A DNA stretch of 54,817 nt from an uncultured Eubacteriales bacterium (GTDB taxonomy: Bacteria; Bacillota; Clostridia; Oscillospirales; Oscillospiraceae), in contig CABRZO010000001.1 of assembly GCA_902475455.1 (NCBI GenBank), positions 1 to 54,817 of the forward strand, given 5' to 3'. Position numbers and translations under genes: made by a program. Under the pieces are notes generated by a model that was not told where the DNA came from, did not search any database, and worked only from the letters and a program-made list of their open reading frames with translations. Positions 43,650 through 52,615 of this stretch are shown here, in pieces. Within the stretch, counting starts at the first letter, position 1, and each line of letters begins with the position of its first letter.

Positions 43650-45689
43650 TCAAATTCCGCTGGCCACCGCAAACGCCTGGCGAATGGTGGTCTGGATGGT
43701 GCCGGGCTTTTTGCAGTCGCCCAGGAGATAAAACTCCGGCGCACTGCCATAGAAGGCCAGGGCCCGCTCTGTCTGTCCCTTCATTCCAGCGGCCACCACA
43801 ATATCATCCGCCGGGAGGGTGTGGCTCTGGCCCGCCTGGTCCACATAGGTCACGGAATGGTCGGTGACCGCCGTCACCGTGACATTGACCAGTCCGGTGA
43901 AGTTGGGAAGCTTCTGCCACATCTCATCCATCTGCTCCCGGTAGTGGATCTTGGTGGCGTCCATGGCCAGCATGGGGCGCATCTCCAGCACCGTGGCCTG
44001 GCGTCCGGTCTGGGCAATCCTGATGCCGGCCTCCAGGCCCACTTCACCGCCGCCGATGACCACTACGTTCTGTCCCATCTGCTCCGCCCCGCCGTAGGCC
44101 TCAGCGGAATACCAGACCTTTTTGACCTGATCCAGCCCCTGGATGGGAGGCTTGGCAGGCACGCCCCCCAGAGCCGCCACCACGGCATCAAACTGTTCCG
44201 CCTCAATGAGGGCAGGGGTTGCCGGTGTGTTCAGTCTGACCTGAATATTGTTCCGCTTGCCCACCTGGGCAATCAGATAGTCTTTAAACTGCTTTAGAGT
44301 CCATTTGAAATCAGCATAGTCTGCATGTTTGATGGCCCCGCCCAGGGCGTCACTGGCCTCGTAGAGCACCACATCGTGGCCCCGATCCGCCAGATCCAGG
44401 GCACAGCGCATTCCACCGGGGCCGCCACCGATCACCGCCACCCGTTTTTTGCGCTCCACTGGACGGATCAGGTGCTGGAGCTCATGCTCCATGCCGATCA
44501 AGGGATTGACCGAGCAGACGGACTGATAGGGATCTCCCTCGGAACGGCCATGGCACCGGTTGCAGCGCAGACAGGGCACTAGATCCTCTGCCCGGCCCTC
44601 CAACAGCTTGTGTCCGTAGTCCGGATTGGAGATCCAGGCCCGGCCCTGCGCGATCAGATCCAGCTTTCCCTCTGCCAGGGACCGTTCCATGACCTCCGGA
44701 TCAAAATAACCGGCGATGCCGGCGATCAGCAGACCGGGCACCCGCTGCTTGATGTAGGCAGCCTGCTCCAGGAAAGGCTCGTGTTTCAGTTCAAAGCTGG
44801 TGGGATGGGCGGGCACTCCGTCGTTGGCCCGCAGCTGGACAATGTCCACATACTGTTTGGCCTGGTTCAGGAAGGCCACCGTGTCGTCGATGGTATAGCC
44901 CCCCGGCAGATCCTCAAAGGACCAGAGAATCTCCAGAATCGCTTTGGGACCGATCGCTTCCCGCACCTTTCTCAGCACCAGCAGCGGATATTTCATGCGG
45001 TTTTCCAGGCTGCCGTTCCACTCGTCGGTCCGGTTATTGGCCAGAGGGGAGAACATTTTGGAGGGCAAATTCATGCGGTAGGCGAAGTGGAGGCTGATCA
45101 TGTCAAAATCCAGCTTGCGCACAATGGCAGCCTGCTGGGCATAGGCCTCGGCGATCTGGTCCAGCTGCTCCTCGGTGTACTCCGCCGGACGCAGATGGGA
45201 GGGAATCTGCTGATACTCGTACTCCGCCTCAAAGGTGGGCACAAAGGACATGGTGGGGTCCCCCGCCACGCCGTTGGCCCCGGGAGGGGGCGGCAGCTCT
45301 CCGCCCTTTTTGTACCGCAGCATATAGTCGTCCGGCGGCCCCCACATGAGGCAGGCGTTGGCAATGGAGCCATGGAAGTGAATGGTATCCGTCAGGTGCA
45401 GCAGATAGTTCTGACTTTCGGTATCAAAAATATCAAAATGGGGCATATGGCTGAAGTCCATATCCATGTCAAAATTCTTCCGATGGGGACCGGAGGAGAA
45501 ATTTGAGATGGATACGATGGCCGCCCCGGATTTGGCCCGGTTGGCAAAATGGGTGATGGTCCCCTGACCGGGATAGGTCTCGGGGCCCTGGATAAAATGC
45601 GGCATGGAGTTGGCGGATTCCAGCCGGTTTTTCAACACATAGCCCCGCAGTGCCAGAGGGGCAAAAATATGGGGATACTTGCTTTTCAT
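43650..45689 (-). CDS. Fe-S flavoenzyme of the 2-enoate reductase/2,4-dienoyl-CoA reductase type (third paralogue)
   Basis: OYE-like N-terminal half, the Cys motif CLRCNRC-x12-C, and Rossmann motifs VIGGGPGGMRCA and VIGGGEVGLEAG. RBS AAGGAG. The start at 45689 was chosen over 45728. Confidence 0.9.
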   Translation of the reverse strand: MKSKYPHIFAPLALRGYVLKNRLESANSMPHFIQGPETYPGQGTITHFANRAKSGAAIVSISNFSSGPHRKNFDMDMDFSHMPHFDIFDTESQNYLLHLTDTIHFHGSIANACLMWGPPDDYMLRYKKGGELPPPPGANGVAGDPTMSFVPTFEAEYEYQQIPSHLRPAEYTEEQLDQIAEAYAQQAAIVRKLDFDMISLHFAYRMNLPSKMFSPLANNRTDEWNGSLENRMKYPLLVLRKVREAIGPKAILEILWSFEDLPGGYTIDDTVAFLNQAKQYVDIVQLRANDGVPAHPTSFELKHEPFLEQAAYIKQRVPGLLIAGIAGYFDPEVMERSLAEGKLDLIAQGRAWISNPDYGHKLLEGRAEDLVPCLRCNRCHGRSEGDPYQSVCSVNPLIGMEHELQHLIRPVERKKRVAVIGGGPGGMRCALDLADRGHDVVLYEASDALGGAIKHADYADFKWTLKQFKDYLIAQVGKRNNIQVRLNTPATPALIEAEQFDAVVAALGGVPAKPPIQGLDQVKKVWYSAEAYGGAEQMGQNVVVIGGGEVGLEAGIRIAQTGRQATVLEMRPMLAMDATKIHYREQMDEMWQKLPNFTGLVNVTVTAVTDHSVTYVDQAGQSHTLPADDIVVAAGMKGQTERALAFYGSAPEFYLLGDCKKPGTIQTTIRQAFAVASGI

Positions 45690-45741
45690 TGTGGCACGCT
45701 CCTTTATACATGGGTTCCTGGGCGGCAAAACCGCCGGTGCG

Positions 45742-46335
45742 TTATCGTTTCCGCCGGTTTTTCAGCGGACCCCAGGCGGGGCCGGCCCCGCCCGGGCGCA
45801 GGTTTTGATGGTCCCGACGGAACTTGTCCCGCTCCTGGCGCATCTGCTCCCGCTCATACTGTCGGGCCAGTTTCCGGGTATTCTGATACCACTGGAAGAT
45901 CCATTGCTCCTGCTCCGGCGTAAGTTGGCGCAGCGGAATCAGATTGCCGCTGGCACTGTCGTTATAGAGGAATAGGCAGTCTTTTGTCCTGTGCAGCTTG
46001 ACGGTCCCCCGCCAATCAACACTGACCTCCTGCTGGCCGTTTTTGACCCGCCAGCGCAGCCCGTCAAAGTGGTATTCCACCGGGTCTACCTGTTCCAGCT
46101 GCCCCTTATAGTTCAGTCGGGTCATCAGCTCATAGGCTGCCACAGCCATTAAAAACACCAGCACCGGGCCCACAAAGGCCGCAGCGCTGACATTGCCGGT
46201 GGCCAGCATAATGACCCCGCAGATGACAACCATGGCCGCCGCCAGGATCAGATACAGCCTTTTGGCGTTTTCCCGGCACGCCTGCAGATATTCCCGGCGG
46301 GTAATGCCGGTGACAGTGATGGTAAACGAATCCAT
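45742..46335 (-). CDS. YcxB-like membrane protein
   Basis: Two central TM helices followed by a PH-like C-terminal region (LFLYNDSASGNLIPLRQL), typical of the YcxB family, and a basic tail. Confidence 0.6.
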   Translation of the reverse strand: MDSFTITVTGITRREYLQACRENAKRLYLILAAAMVVICGVIMLATGNVSAAAFVGPVLVFLMAVAAYELMTRLNYKGQLEQVDPVEYHFDGLRWRVKNGQQEVSVDWRGTVKLHRTKDCLFLYNDSASGNLIPLRQLTPEQEQWIFQWYQNTRKLARQYEREQMRQERDKFRRDHQNLRPGGAGPAWGPLKNRRKR

Positions 46336-46374
46336 AAACGGCTCCCTTCAGTTCTGGCCCAGGCCAGTGGAAAG

Positions 46375-46402
46375 CAGGGGGACAGCGGATGCTGTCCCCC
46401 TG
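46375..46402 (-). terminator. palindromic hairpin after the TRAP binding-protein gene
   Basis: cagggggacagc-ggat-gctgtccccctg. Its stem sequence is the same as the hairpin at 1131-1156. The U-tract on the minus strand is weak. Confidence 0.5.
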
Positions 46403-46436
46403 TCAAAGTGCGGTGGTCAGGGGAACTCCCGATCTG

Positions 46437-47618
46437 TCAGCCCTGGTAGGACCAATCGTAACCGGTGAGTTCAGCGGCCAGCTCCAGAATCTTGACCATG
46501 CCCTCGGTCTTGCCGTTGGCCTCGGCGATGCTGAGCGCGGACTGGACCTTGGCCTCAAAGTTGGCGGCCCAGATCCGGTCGATATCCTCGTCGGACAGCT
46601 CCACAATGGGGTTGCCGGTCTCCGCCTCGATGGTGCTCAGACCGGTCTCAATCTCGTCCTCAAACTCAGCGCAAGACCAGGCCTGCACCGCGTCGGAGGC
46701 GGCCCGGATGATGGACTGCTGATCCTCGCTGAGGCTGTTCCACCAATCCAGGTTGGCAGAGATGAAGTTACCGGCGGCGTAGGTGCCGTCCAGAGCCCAG
46801 TAGTCCGCAATGTCGTAGTACTGCATGGACACCAGCGGGGTCAGGCCCATCTGGGTGGAGTCGATGAGGCCGCGCTGCAGGGCGTCATAACCGTCGGCAG
46901 GGCCGATGGCAGTGACCTGGAAGCCCAGCGCCTCAAAGACGGTGGCGTCGATGTTGCCGAAGGACTTGCTGTTGCTGACCAGGGAGTCCAGGTCGGTGAA
47001 CTCATAGGTGGTGCAGAACACGTTGGCGCCGCCGGGCAGCACATTCAGATAGATGATGCCGTTGTCGGCAGCCTCCTGCTGCACCAGGGAAGCGGTCTCT
47101 TCATTTTCAAACATGATGGTGGTGAAGTAATCCAGGGCAGCCTCGGTTCCGCCAGGCGCAAAGGAGGGGAAGTTAAGGTAGACCAGGGTATTCAGATGGG
47201 GCATGTGGCCCAGGGTGGTCATGTTGATGGCACCGGAAGACAGGCCGTCCAGCACATCCACGTCGCCGTACAGGGTGCCGCCCCAGTAGGGATCCACCGT
47301 GATATTGCCGTTGGAGTACTCTGCCAGATAGTCGATCCACTGCTGGATCACCTGGCCGCCGGTCTCGGTCTGGTTATAGGTGGTGGAGAAGCTGATCTCC
47401 AGGGGATCGCAGTCAATGGGGGTGAAGTCCCCCTCGGCGGCGGGCTGGGCCTCGCCGTCCTCCGTGCTGAAGGCGGCATCATTAGCGCCGGAGCCCTCCG
47501 AGCTGGTGGGGGCAGTATCATTTTCCGGGGCGGAGCTGCCGGGGGCGGCAGAGTTTCCGCAGGCGGCCAGAGCGACGGTCATCGCCAGAGCCAGAAAAAG
47601 CGCAGCTAGTTTTTTCAT
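46437..47618 (-). CDS. TRAP transporter substrate-binding lipoprotein (DctP-type)
   Basis: Lipobox LAAC, a Ser/Ala/Gly linker, and DctP-like features (GYDALQRGLIDS, ANLDWWNSLSEDQQ). Confidence 0.78.
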   Translation of the reverse strand: MKKLAALFLALAMTVALAACGNSAAPGSSAPENDTAPTSSEGSGANDAAFSTEDGEAQPAAEGDFTPIDCDPLEISFSTTYNQTETGGQVIQQWIDYLAEYSNGNITVDPYWGGTLYGDVDVLDGLSSGAINMTTLGHMPHLNTLVYLNFPSFAPGGTEAALDYFTTIMFENEETASLVQQEAADNGIIYLNVLPGGANVFCTTYEFTDLDSLVSNSKSFGNIDATVFEALGFQVTAIGPADGYDALQRGLIDSTQMGLTPLVSMQYYDIADYWALDGTYAAGNFISANLDWWNSLSEDQQSIIRAASDAVQAWSCAEFEDEIETGLSTIEAETGNPIVELSDEDIDRIWAANFEAKVQSALSIAEANGKTEGMVKILELAAELTGYDWSYQG

Positions 47619-47687
47619 GGTTGTTCCTCCTTCATTTCAGTCCTCTTTTATATTGGTGTATCGCCTCAGCGATACGGACTCACCAAA

Positions 47688-48545
47688 TCAGGCGTGAATT
47701 TCTCGTTTCAAGTAGTCGATGGCCCGCTGGCACGCCTCATCCGCCTCGGGATAGAGGCCCACATCCGTGGCAAAGGCATGGCCCAGACCGCCCCAGCGGT
47801 CGTAGACCACCTCCACCCCCTGCCCTTCCATGGCCCGGATCATCTCCTCCCCGGGGCCCTTCAGCACCGCGTCCAGGTCGTCGGTGCCGTACTGAACAAA
47901 CACCCGCTGCAAGCCGGTGTAGTCACCGTATCGGGGGGAGATCAGCGGGGCCGTCAAGTCACGGCCCGGAGCCAGCCGGCGTCCGATCTCTGCCTCGGTG
48001 CCGGAGAGATCCACGGCCGGAGACAGGGCGGCCAGGGCTCCCGGCGGGGTGATGCCGTACTGTCTGCACCACAGCCACAGCACCAGGGTCAGGTTTCCGC
48101 CGGCGGACTCCCCCACCACGCCGATGTTTTCCGCTGCATATCCCGAGGCCAGCAGCCCCTGATAGACCCGGCAAACGTCGTGAATGGTGTCGGGAAAGTG
48201 ATGCCGGGGCATCAGCCGGTAATCCGCCGCCACACATGTCAGCTGGGAGCGGTGGGCCAGCTCCCCCACAAAGGGAAACTTCAGGTATTTTCCCGGCGGG
48301 ACCTCCTGGAACCCGCCCCCGTGGAGATAGAGGAGCAGTTTATCCTCCGGCGCCCCCTGGGGCTGGGCCCAGATCACCGGCACCCCACTGATCTCATCCT
48401 GGCGGATATCCACCCCCGCAGGAACAGGGGTGGCGCCTCCGAACAGATAAACTCCCTCGGGAGGCAACGCGTCGGGGGGCATGGAGCCCGGAGGCGGCAG
48501 CTTTGCCATGGCCTCCCGGAAGTTCAAATAGGCTTGACTGAGCAT
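47688..48545 (-). CDS. alpha/beta hydrolase, HSL/family IV esterase-lipase type
   Basis: Oxyanion motif YLHGGGF, nucleophile elbow GESAGGN, and a C-terminal Asp/His (DDLD, GLGHAF). RBS AAGGAGAG. The ORF track extension into dctM was rejected. Confidence 0.85.
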   Translation of the reverse strand: MLSQAYLNFREAMAKLPPPGSMPPDALPPEGVYLFGGATPVPAGVDIRQDEISGVPVIWAQPQGAPEDKLLLYLHGGGFQEVPPGKYLKFPFVGELAHRSQLTCVAADYRLMPRHHFPDTIHDVCRVYQGLLASGYAAENIGVVGESAGGNLTLVLWLWCRQYGITPPGALAALSPAVDLSGTEAEIGRRLAPGRDLTAPLISPRYGDYTGLQRVFVQYGTDDLDAVLKGPGEEMIRAMEGQGVEVVYDRWGGLGHAFATDVGLYPEADEACQRAIDYLKREIHA

Positions 48546-48573
48546 AGCAGCTCTCCTTTCCTGTGCAAGGGCT

Positions 48574-49902
48574 TCACAATCCCGCCGCGCCCAGCAGCGT
48601 GGGCAGCCCCAGGCAGATCTGGGGGAACAGCGCCACAATGAGCACCACGATGATCTCGCAGACGAAGTAGGGGACGACGCCGGAGAAGATCTCACTGGAG
48701 CTGATCCGCAGGGCGTTGGAAGTGGCAAAGACGTTCATACCGATGGGGGGTGTCAGTCCGGCGATCTCGCAGACAAAGCACAGGGTGATGACCAGCACAT
48801 AGGGGCTGTAACCTAGGGCGTTCAGCACCGGGAACACCACCGGCACGGTGATGATAATGATGGACACCACATCCATGCAGCAGCCGCAGAAGATGTACAG
48901 CAGCAGCACCAGGCAGAAAATCAGGAAGGGAGGCGCGTTGATGCTGGCAATCAGATTGGCCAGATCATCCGCCAAATGGGTGGCGGAGACAAAGGAACCA
49001 AAGAGCTGGCCGGCAATGATGATGGGAAATACTCCGGCTTCCATGCAGGCGGAATCCCACATGTTCCACAGGATCCGCTTGAGGGGCACCCGCTTGGCAA
49101 AGGCATAGACGGTTACCGCCACCGCACCGAAGGCACCGCCCACCGTGGCGGTGAACCAGCCGGCGAAGGTGCCGCCGATAATCAGGCCGAACAGGCAGAA
49201 AATCGGGATCAGCAGCGTCAGGGACTTCAGCTTGGTCAGTACGGAGACCTTGGGGCCGCCGCCAGGAGGGATGCTCCCCTTGGCAAACAGGCTGATCAGC
49301 AGCACGGTGGCCGCCAGGCATACCGCCGTCAGCAGGCCGGGGCCGATACCGCACATCAGGGCGGTGCCCACATTCATGGAGATGGGCGAGATCATGCAGA
49401 ACATGATGATGGCCATGGAGGGAGGGATCAGCGTGGAGAGGGCGCCGGAGGCGGTGATGCAGCCCAGAGAATACTTACGGCTGTAACCGGCCTGCTCCAG
49501 CTGAGGCATGGCCAGCTTGCCGAAGACCACATCGCCCGCCACGGAAGAGCCGGAGCAGGCGCCAAACACGGCGTTGGCGGCAATAACGGTAAACAGCAGA
49601 CCGCCCCGGATTCGGCCCAGCCAGGCGTGCATGGCCTGGAAGGCGCCGCCGGCGATGCCGGTCTCTCCCGCTAGGGCTCCTACCAACATGAACATTGGGA
49701 ACACCGCGTAATTGTAATTGGCCGCCAAATCAAAGGGTGTGGCGGTAAACTTACTCAGCAGCATGGCCGGATTGCCGTCGGCAATCCACAAAAAGCCCAC
49801 AAAGGCGGCGGACAGCAGCGAGACGAACACGGGGCAGCCGATAAAGATCAGCACCATCATCAAGCCAAACACTACAAGTCCAATGATTGCTCCAGCACTC
49901 AT
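48574..49902 (-). CDS. dctM: TRAP transporter large permease
   Basis: 442-aa polytopic protein with typical DctM composition. ATGA overlap with dctQ. Confidence 0.9.
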   Translation of the reverse strand: MSAGAIIGLVVFGLMMVLIFIGCPVFVSLLSAAFVGFLWIADGNPAMLLSKFTATPFDLAANYNYAVFPMFMLVGALAGETGIAGGAFQAMHAWLGRIRGGLLFTVIAANAVFGACSGSSVAGDVVFGKLAMPQLEQAGYSRKYSLGCITASGALSTLIPPSMAIIMFCMISPISMNVGTALMCGIGPGLLTAVCLAATVLLISLFAKGSIPPGGGPKVSVLTKLKSLTLLIPIFCLFGLIIGGTFAGWFTATVGGAFGAVAVTVYAFAKRVPLKRILWNMWDSACMEAGVFPIIIAGQLFGSFVSATHLADDLANLIASINAPPFLIFCLVLLLYIFCGCCMDVVSIIIITVPVVFPVLNALGYSPYVLVITLCFVCEIAGLTPPIGMNVFATSNALRISSSEIFSGVVPYFVCEIIVVLIVALFPQICLGLPTLLGAAGL

Positions 49903-50465
49903 GCCACAGCGCCTCCTTCCTCAGTTCCGGCATCCCCGGGTTCTTCCTCTTTGAGGGCAAAATAACGCACAATGCTCCACAGGAAGGCAAAGGCGATCAT
50001 AAAAAAGCCCAGGGCAAAAATAAACGAAAAGGGCCACAGCGGAAAGCCGAAGCCGGTGACGGAAGATCTGGCATGGGTCTTCAGATGTTTTCCCATCTGA
50101 ACCAGACCCCGATAGCCGATGAACACGGAGATCGCCGCCCCCAACAGGAAATTGAAGGTGGTGGTGACGGTGCGGATCGCCTTGGGGAAATGCTGGCTCA
50201 ACAGATCGATGGCCGTCTGGCCCCGGTCCAGGGTGACATAGGCCGCACTGAGGAACACCACCGGGACGTGAAGATATTTGACAATCTCCGTGGACCCGGG
50301 AATTCCCTGGTGCAGGATCTTTTCACCCAGCACGTTGAAAAACGCGACGAACATAATGCCAATCAGAAAAACAGCGGACAAATATGAAATAACCCGGACC
50401 ACCGAGACAATGGTGCGGTCCACTTTGCCCAAATTTCCTTTCAGCGTCTGATGATGTGGAGGCAT
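49899..50465 (-). CDS. dctQ: TRAP transporter small permease
   Basis: Four-TM protein of about 188 aa directly upstream of dctM. The ATG at 50465 has AAGGAGAG upstream. Confidence 0.8.
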   Translation of the reverse strand: MPPHHQTLKGNLGKVDRTIVSVVRVISYLSAVFLIGIMFVAFFNVLGEKILHQGIPGSTEIVKYLHVPVVFLSAAYVTLDRGQTAIDLLSQHFPKAIRTVTTTFNFLLGAAISVFIGYRGLVQMGKHLKTHARSSVTGFGFPLWPFSFIFALGFFMIAFAFLWSIVRYFALKEEEPGDAGTEEGGAVA

Positions 50466-50601
50466 ATACTCTCTCCTTTCTCCTCTTTTCCGGCAGCCCA
50501 TCCTGTACAAATTGCACAGATGCGCGAGTTTTTTTCGCCGGACTCTAGTTCAATCATAATAGCTTCCACAGCAAGGCACAAACACATAAAAAACTTTATC
50601 C

Positions 50602-50619
50602 TACAAGTAAATACTTGTA
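50602..50619. promoter_or_regulatory. palindromic operator TACAAG-TAAATA-CTTGTA upstream of the TRAP operon
   Basis: Perfect 6+6 inverted repeat. The same half-sites recur at 51611-51628. Confidence 0.55.
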
Positions 50620-50646
50620 TGTCTAACATATTTCGACACAAGAAAA

Positions 50647-50670
50647 GGCCGCTGTCCGAAGACAGCGGCC
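50647..50670 (-). terminator. terminator after the LysR gene
   Basis: ggccgctgtc-cgaa-gacagcggcc. On the minus strand it is followed by TTTTCTT. Confidence 0.75.
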
Positions 50671-50687
50671 TGACTTGATCCAGGGGA

Positions 50688-51587
50688 TTATGCTTCTTTT
50701 CGTTTAAAATAGTGGCGAGTAATGTCTAAAAAACGGGCTGCCGGCCCTGAAAGTACCGTATCTTTTTCATAACAGATGTAGCTGGCCGGAATCTGGTCGG
50801 GAACATTGGGCACCAGATAACCAGGTAAATTCTCTATGTGTTTCATTGCGTTTTGCAGCGTGGTCATGGCCCCCTGTCCATCGGCACACAGACGACTCAT
50901 GGTGGACACCTTACCCATGACAGGCAAATATTGGGGCTCAAAATGATTTTGCTCAAAGGCCCGTTCAGTGATGTCCTGTAACGGGGTGTTGACGTGCTTC
51001 AAAAACGGACATCCCTCCAGGGCGCTGATATCCCCCTGCCGCAGACGCTCCTTCCGCTGCCGCCAATCCGGATACCGCTTTTTCAGCAGACTGTCGGCCA
51101 CGCAGACCACCAGTCGGTCGCAGAACAGCAGCTCACTGCGATAGTTTCCCCCCAATTCCCTGGGGCTCAGGAACAACGGCACATCCGTCGGAATCGGATC
51201 CCCGGAATACAGTTCCCGGGTCAGAACCAGCACCTGGGGTTCCTTTTTGATGAACAGCTCCGCCAGAGGGGCAAAGAAGTCCGGGGTGCCGTAGTCGATC
51301 ATGCCGATGGTCAGCTCCACCGCCCTGGCGCCGCTGCAGTCGGCCACCTCTTGCTCCATCCGGTCCAGGGTCTCCATCACGGTTTTGGCTGCCCGGTAGA
51401 CACACTTCCCCGCCTGGGTCAGCACCAGCGGATTGTCCCGATGAAAGAGCTGGGCCCCCACCTCGGTCTCCATTTTCTTGATGTGCTGGCTCAGAGACTG
51501 CTGGGAGATGTAAAGCTTTCGGGCCGCGGCGTTGATGGTGCCCATTTCGCAGACTGTCAGGAAATATTTAAAGCTCCGGAAGTTCAT
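50688..51587 (-). CDS. LysR family transcriptional regulator
   Basis: N-terminal HTH FKYFLTVCEMGTINAAARKLYISQQSLSQHIKKME. About 299 aa. The start at 51587 was chosen. Confidence 0.9.
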   Translation of the reverse strand: MNFRSFKYFLTVCEMGTINAAARKLYISQQSLSQHIKKMETEVGAQLFHRDNPLVLTQAGKCVYRAAKTVMETLDRMEQEVADCSGARAVELTIGMIDYGTPDFFAPLAELFIKKEPQVLVLTRELYSGDPIPTDVPLFLSPRELGGNYRSELLFCDRLVVCVADSLLKKRYPDWRQRKERLRQGDISALEGCPFLKHVNTPLQDITERAFEQNHFEPQYLPVMGKVSTMSRLCADGQGAMTTLQNAMKHIENLPGYLVPNVPDQIPASYICYEKDTVLSGPAARFLDITRHYFKRKEA

Positions 51588-51610
51588 ATCCTCACCCCTT
51601 TTCTTTATCA

Positions 51611-51628
51611 TACAAGCTTTTACTTGTA
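51611..51628. promoter_or_regulatory. palindromic operator TACAAG-CTTTTA-CTTGTA in the LysR/esterase divergent region
   Basis: Perfect 6+6 inverted repeat, 24 nt upstream of the lysR ATG and 94 nt upstream of the esterase ATG. Confidence 0.55.
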
Positions 51629-51721
51629 TTCGCAAGGTGATTTGATGTTTGTGCTGGAAATTTTCCAGTGCTAGGATGGGTTTACCAAGCCCCCGTTTTA
51701 GTTGAGAAAGGAGAGATACAT

Positions 51722-52591
51722 ATGCCCAGTCAACAATTTACCCATCGCCGGGGCAGCATCTGGGAACGCACTCGCTTTGAAGGAAAGTCCCTGCCGGAAC
51801 TGCGGGCAGAGATGGATGCTGCTGTCACGGCAGAGCTGCGACAGTACGACGATGTGACCTGGACCCCGGGCAACGCGGGTTCCATTTCCGGCAAATGGGT
51901 CCACCCTAGCCAAGCCTCCGGAGATCTGCTATATTATATTCACGGCGGTGGATTCACCCTCGGCTCCTCCGGTATCCCCCTCCCCTTCCTGATGGAGCTG
52001 AGCCATCGGCTTGGCATCACCTGTTTTTCCGCCGACTACCGGCTGGCCCCGGAACACACCTTCCCTGCCGCCCCCCAGGACGCCTTTGCCGGCTATCGGG
52101 CGCTGTTGGATCTGGGGTATTCCGCCGACCGGATTGTGGTATGCGGTGAATCCGCCGGAGCCACCCTTTCCCTGGGCATTCCCTTTCAGGCCAAGGCCGC
52201 CGGAATTCCCATGCCTAAGGCCATTATCGCCATGTCCCCGGTCACTGACGCTGTCACCCCGGCGGAAGGCACAGTACTGGAGGGCTTGGACGACAGCGAT
52301 CAGGTGCTGAACGTCTACGCCCCCGGGGCGGACAAGTCTGATCCGCTGATTTCCCCGGCCTTCGGCGACCTGAGGGATTATCCCCCGGTCTTTCTCAGCG
52401 CCGGCGGCGCCGAGGTACTGCTGAAAGATGCACTGATCTTTACCAGCACCGCCGCCAAGTCCGGAGTGGACATCCGCCTGCATGTGGGCAAGGATATGAT
52501 CCACACCTACCCGCTGGATCTCTGGGACTATCCGGAGGCCATGGTAGCCTTTGAGGAAATCGAGCTGTTCCTCCGGCAACAGCTGAGCTGA
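51722..52591 (+). CDS. alpha/beta hydrolase, HSL/family IV esterase-lipase type (second copy)
   Basis: YIHGGGF, GESAGAT and DMIHTY. RBS AAAGGAGAG. Confidence 0.85.
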   Translation: MPSQQFTHRRGSIWERTRFEGKSLPELRAEMDAAVTAELRQYDDVTWTPGNAGSISGKWVHPSQASGDLLYYIHGGGFTLGSSGIPLPFLMELSHRLGITCFSADYRLAPEHTFPAAPQDAFAGYRALLDLGYSADRIVVCGESAGATLSLGIPFQAKAAGIPMPKAIIAMSPVTDAVTPAEGTVLEGLDDSDQVLNVYAPGADKSDPLISPAFGDLRDYPPVFLSAGGAEVLLKDALIFTSTAAKSGVDIRLHVGKDMIHTYPLDLWDYPEAMVAFEEIELFLRQQLS

Positions 52592-52615
52592 TAATCACAG
52601 GGAGGGAAAACCATC

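Noticed and set aside
48546-48728. 61-codon extension of the esterase ORF into dctM
   Set aside because: It overlaps the dctM 3' end in another frame. The ATG at 48545 has a strong AAGGAGAG RBS.
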